Assembly: GCA_016872815.1 (NCBI GenBank)
Contig: VGYY01000001.1
Location: 1 to 51,659, forward strand
Origin: Planctomycetota bacterium
GTDB taxonomy: Bacteria; Planctomycetota; B15-G4; SIAN01
Length of the DNA: 51,659 nucleotides
Direction: 5' to 3'
Shown: positions 48,663 through 51,659 of the stretch, in pieces
Layout of the letters: each line of letters starts with the position of its first letter
How positions within the stretch are numbered: the stretch's first letter is position 1
Notes under the pieces: model-generated
Told to the model about the DNA's origin: nothing
Seen by the model: the letters and a program-made list of their open reading frames with translations, nothing else
Database searches by the model: none
Program-made: the position numbers and the translations under genes

Positions 48663-50660
48663 GTGATCGTCGCGCGGCGGCCCACGGCGGACGGGGGGAC
48701 CGGCGTGCGCGCGTTGCTCGACTCGGCGAGAGGAAGGTCGGTCTTCCTGCTCGCATTGTGCTGCGTCCTGCTCCTCGCCGTCGGCGTGAAGCTGTTCTGG
48801 CTGCAGGTCATGCGCCAGCGCTCCCCCGAATCGGTCGCCGCATGGCGCACGATCGCCATCGACGAGGAGGGTCGCCGCGGCGATCTGGTCGACGCTCGTG
48901 GCGGGATCGTCGCCACGTCGGTGCGTGAAGTCGACCTGCGCGTGTGGACCAGCGGCGTGGCCGCGACCGACCATCGTCGCGAGCAGCTCGCGGCCGAGCT
49001 CGCCCGCATCGCCGGCGTCGATCCGCAGCGCACCCTGCGGACGCTGGCGAAGCCGGGCCAGTGGGTCCTGCTGGCCGAGGGGATCCGCGATCCCGGCGTC
49101 ATCGCCGAACTGCGCGACCTCGCGCGCAGGCCGGCGTTCCGCGCGCTCGAACTGGAGACGCGTCACGTCCGCGAGCATCCGCGCGGCGGGCTCTTCGCCA
49201 CGCAGCTCGGTTGGGTCGGCTGGGTGGCGGACGTGGCCGCCGACGGCAAGCCGCTCGCCACCGGCAACTGGCGCGGCGTCGCCGGTCTCGAGGCGCGCTG
49301 CGAGGCGGTCCTGCGACCGAGCGGCGGCGCGCGGTTCGTGCGCCGCGACGGCACCCAGCATGACATGCTCGATCCCGCGCTGGCGGCGGTGGGCGCGCGC
49401 GACGGGCGCGCGGTCCATCTGACGCTCGACCCCCTGGCGCAGACGATCGTCGACGAGCAGCTCGCCGCGGCGATGGAGGAGTTCGCGCCCGACTGGGCGC
49501 AGGTGCTGGTGCTCGACCCGCGGACGAGCGACGTGCTCGCCATCGGCCAGCAGCCGGCGCCGGCGGCGCCGATGCCGGACCTGAAGCCGTTGCCGCGCGG
49601 CGCCTCGGCGGCGCAGCGCGCGGCGATCGAGGCGGAGAACCTGCGCCGCTACGCCAACCACCAGATGCTGGCGGTGCACCGCGTCTACCCGCCCGGTTCC
49701 TCGTTCAAGCCGCTCATGCTCGGGTTGGTCCTCGAGCAGGGCAAGGCGACTCCTGACGACGTGGTCGACTGCGAGAACGGTTCGCACCGCTTCGACCGGC
49801 GCCCGATCCGGGATACGCATCCACGCGGCCTGCTGACCGTCACCGAGGTGCTGGTCGAGTCGTCGAACATCGGCATGACCAAGCTGGTGCTGTCGCTGGT
49901 GCCGGCGGATGCGAAGAAGGGTGCCAAGGCGTTCCAGCCGGTCCTCGACCATCTCGATCGCCTCGGTTTCGGCCACAAGGTCGGCGGATTCGCGGGCGAG
50001 GAGAACGGCATGGTGCCGCCGCTCCGCAGCATGGATCGTGTCTACTCGCTGGCGTCGCTCTCGTTCGGTCAGCAGATCCAGGTCACGGCGCTGCAGATGG
50101 CCACCGCGTGCAGCGTGATCGTCAACGACGGGGTCTGGCGCGCGCCGCGCATCCTCGACGCGATCGACGACGGCGCCGGCGGGCGGATCGAGATCCCCCC
50201 GGCGCCGGAGAGCGAGCGGGTCGTCTTCTCGGCGCGGACCGCCGCCCAACTGCGCGGGATGTGCGCGCGGGTGGTCGACGACGGCGCCACCCGGCGCTGG
50301 AAGCCGAAGGGCTGGTCGGTCGGCGGCAAGACCGGGACGGCGGAGCACGAGACCGATCACTCGATCTCCACCAATTCGTTCTGGTGCTTCGCCCCGGTCG
50401 CGGCGCCCCGCTTCCTGGTGCTGGCCGTGCTGCACCATCCCCGCAAGGGGCGTTACGCCGCCGACAACGCCGGGAAGCTGGCAAGCAAGGTGCTCGGCGG
50501 CCTGCTCGAGCGGTTCGAGGTGCCGCCGGATCGTCCGGAAGAGCTGGTGAGTGCAGGCCCGAAGGCCGAGGACGGCGGCGCGGCTCCGGCCGGCAGGCGA
50601 CCGCTGGCGTCCGCCGCGCCGGGCGTGATAGCCTCGCCAGCGGTTGGGGAGGGGCGATGA
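48663..50660 (+). CDS. ftsI: Penicillin-binding protein, class B transpeptidase (FtsI/PBP3-like)
   Basis: 665 aa. N-terminal TM, then SxxK (GSSFKP), SxN (ESSNIG) and KTG (GKTGTA) motifs in order. dcw position. Confidence 0.9.
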   Translation: MIVARRPTADGGTGVRALLDSARGRSVFLLALCCVLLLAVGVKLFWLQVMRQRSPESVAAWRTIAIDEEGRRGDLVDARGGIVATSVREVDLRVWTSGVAATDHRREQLAAELARIAGVDPQRTLRTLAKPGQWVLLAEGIRDPGVIAELRDLARRPAFRALELETRHVREHPRGGLFATQLGWVGWVADVAADGKPLATGNWRGVAGLEARCEAVLRPSGGARFVRRDGTQHDMLDPALAAVGARDGRAVHLTLDPLAQTIVDEQLAAAMEEFAPDWAQVLVLDPRTSDVLAIGQQPAPAAPMPDLKPLPRGASAAQRAAIEAENLRRYANHQMLAVHRVYPPGSSFKPLMLGLVLEQGKATPDDVVDCENGSHRFDRRPIRDTHPRGLLTVTEVLVESSNIGMTKLVLSLVPADAKKGAKAFQPVLDHLDRLGFGHKVGGFAGEENGMVPPLRSMDRVYSLASLSFGQQIQVTALQMATACSVIVNDGVWRAPRILDAIDDGAGGRIEIPPAPESERVVFSARTAAQLRGMCARVVDDGATRRWKPKGWSVGGKTGTAEHETDHSISTNSFWCFAPVAAPRFLVLAVLHHPRKGRYAADNAGKLASKVLGGLLERFEVPPDRPEELVSAGPKAEDGGAAPAGRRPLASAAPGVIASPAVGEGR

Positions 50661-51659
50661 CCGCGGCCGAGACCGCACCGATCAGGACGCGTGATCCGGC
50701 ACCGACGCTCGCCGCCCTGGCGCGAGCGATCGGCGTCGTCGCGCCTGGACGCGCCGCCCGGCTGCCGGTGACGGCACTGACGGACGACAGCCGCCAGTGT
50801 GCGCCCGGGACCCTCTTCTTCGCCGTCCCCGGCGGCCGCGACGACGGCGTCCGCTACCTCGAACAGGCGGCGGCGCAGGGCGCCGTCGCCGCCGTGGTGC
50901 CGGGGGGGACGCCGGCTTCCGCCAGCCGATCCGGCCTGCCGCTGCTGGCGGTCGCGTCCGTGCGCCTCGCGAAGGCGCTCGCTGCGCAGGCGTTCCATGG
51001 CCATCCGGCGCGCGCGCTGCTGACCATCGGCATCACCGGCACCAAGGGCAAGACCACCACCGCGAGCTTCCTGCGCGCGATCCTCGCCGAAGCGGAGCTC
51101 AAGCCGTCGCTCCTCGGCACGATCGAGGAGCAGGTGTGGAGCCGACCCGCCCGCTCCGCCACCCACACCACGCCCGACGCGCTCCGCCTCGCCGCATTCA
51201 TGGACGAAGCGCGCGCCGCCGGCGGCAAATCGCTCGTGATGGAGGTCTCCTCGCACGCGCTCGACCAGGAGCGGGTCGCCGGCATCCCGTTCCGCGCCGC
51301 GGTGTTCACCCAGCTCGCGCGCGAGCACCTCGACTACCACCCGACGGTCGAGCACTACCGCGACAGCAAGGCACGCCTCTTCTCCGGTCTCGGCAGCGAT
51401 GCCGTGGCGGTGCTCAACGCCGAGGACGGCAATGCGCTCGACCTCGTCGCCCGCTGCCGCGCCCGCGTCCTCACCTTCGGCGAGGTTCCCGCTGCGCACG
51501 TCCGCCTGCGCGCCGTCGAGGCGGCGGTCGGCGGCAGCCGCGCCGAACTCGAACTTTCGCGCGAGCTCGGCGGCGGCGGCCTCGTCCTCGCCGTCGCGAT
51601 GGCGGGTCGCCACAACCTGCTGAACGCGGTCGGCGCCGCGACGGCGGCGCTCGGGCTCG
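50657..51659 (+). CDS. murE: UDP-N-acetylmuramoyl-L-alanyl-D-glutamate--2,6-diaminopimelate ligase (3' end outside the window)
   Basis: Hand-translated open frame from the ATG at 50657, which overlaps the ftsI TGA. ...DSRQCAPGTLFFAVPG...GITGTKGKTTTA...MEVSSHALDQERV...HNLLNA. No stop before the window end, so it is absent from the ORF track. Confidence 0.9.
   Translation, partial: MTAAETAPIRTRDPAPTLAALARAIGVVAPGRAARLPVTALTDDSRQCAPGTLFFAVPGGRDDGVRYLEQAAAQGAVAAVVPGGTPASASRSGLPLLAVASVRLAKALAAQAFHGHPARALLTIGITGTKGKTTTASFLRAILAEAELKPSLLGTIEEQVWSRPARSATHTTPDALRLAAFMDEARAAGGKSLVMEVSSHALDQERVAGIPFRAAVFTQLAREHLDYHPTVEHYRDSKARLFSGLGSDAVAVLNAEDGNALDLVARCRARVLTFGEVPAAHVRLRAVEAAVGGSRAELELSRELGGGGLVLAVAMAGRHNLLNAVGAATAALGL

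Noticed and set aside
48006-50678. 890-aa ORF antisense to the ftsL-like and ftsI genes
   Set aside because: The plus frame has ordered SxxK, SxN and KTG motifs. The antisense product is low-complexity.

Overview
High-GC bacterial chromosome segment, and almost entirely core genome. Positions about 6.5-40 kb hold one co-directional (+ strand) translation/transcription supercluster. Its order is tRNA-Thr/Tyr/Gly, tuf, rpmG, secE, nusG, rplKAJL, rpoBC, rpsLG, fusA, the S10 block (rpsJ to rpsQ), the spc block (rplN to rplO, secY, map, infA, rpmJ) and the alpha block (rpsM, rpsK, rpsD, rpoA, rplQ). Left flank: TPR protein, dtd, an LPS-kinase-family ORF, an HU/IHF-fold gene, a Cys/Met PLP enzyme, an Smr-less MutS2 and a lone receiver domain. 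Right flank: adk and dnaE on the minus strand, a HEAT-repeat protein, a small Cys4 protein of unknown function, then the start of the dcw cluster (mraZ, rsmH, ftsL-like, ftsI-type PBP, murE, which runs off the window). Two ribosomal genes too short for the ORF track were found by hand: rpmG at 8925-9074 and rpmJ at 36499-36612. I see no CRISPR array, transposase, integrase, phage, toxin or defence genes, and no convincing novel multi-gene system. The leads worth a second look are regulatory or non-coding, or are lineage-specific protein variants. Regulatory leads: a structured 284-nt rpsG-fusA spacer, long leaders before rpsJ, rpsD and tuf, GTGGG repeats inside a candidate mraZ promoter, and several short tandem duplications in intergenic spacers. 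Protein leads: a rewritten EF-Tu switch I, a short divergent EF-G, an Smr-less MutS2, and low-complexity tails on L15, S5, L17 and HU. The EF-Tu and EF-G features, the missing L30 and the tails suggest a Planctomycetota/PVC-like lineage, but that is inference only. The many very long ORFs in alternative frames and on the antisense strand are stop-codon-poor shadows typical of high-GC DNA.
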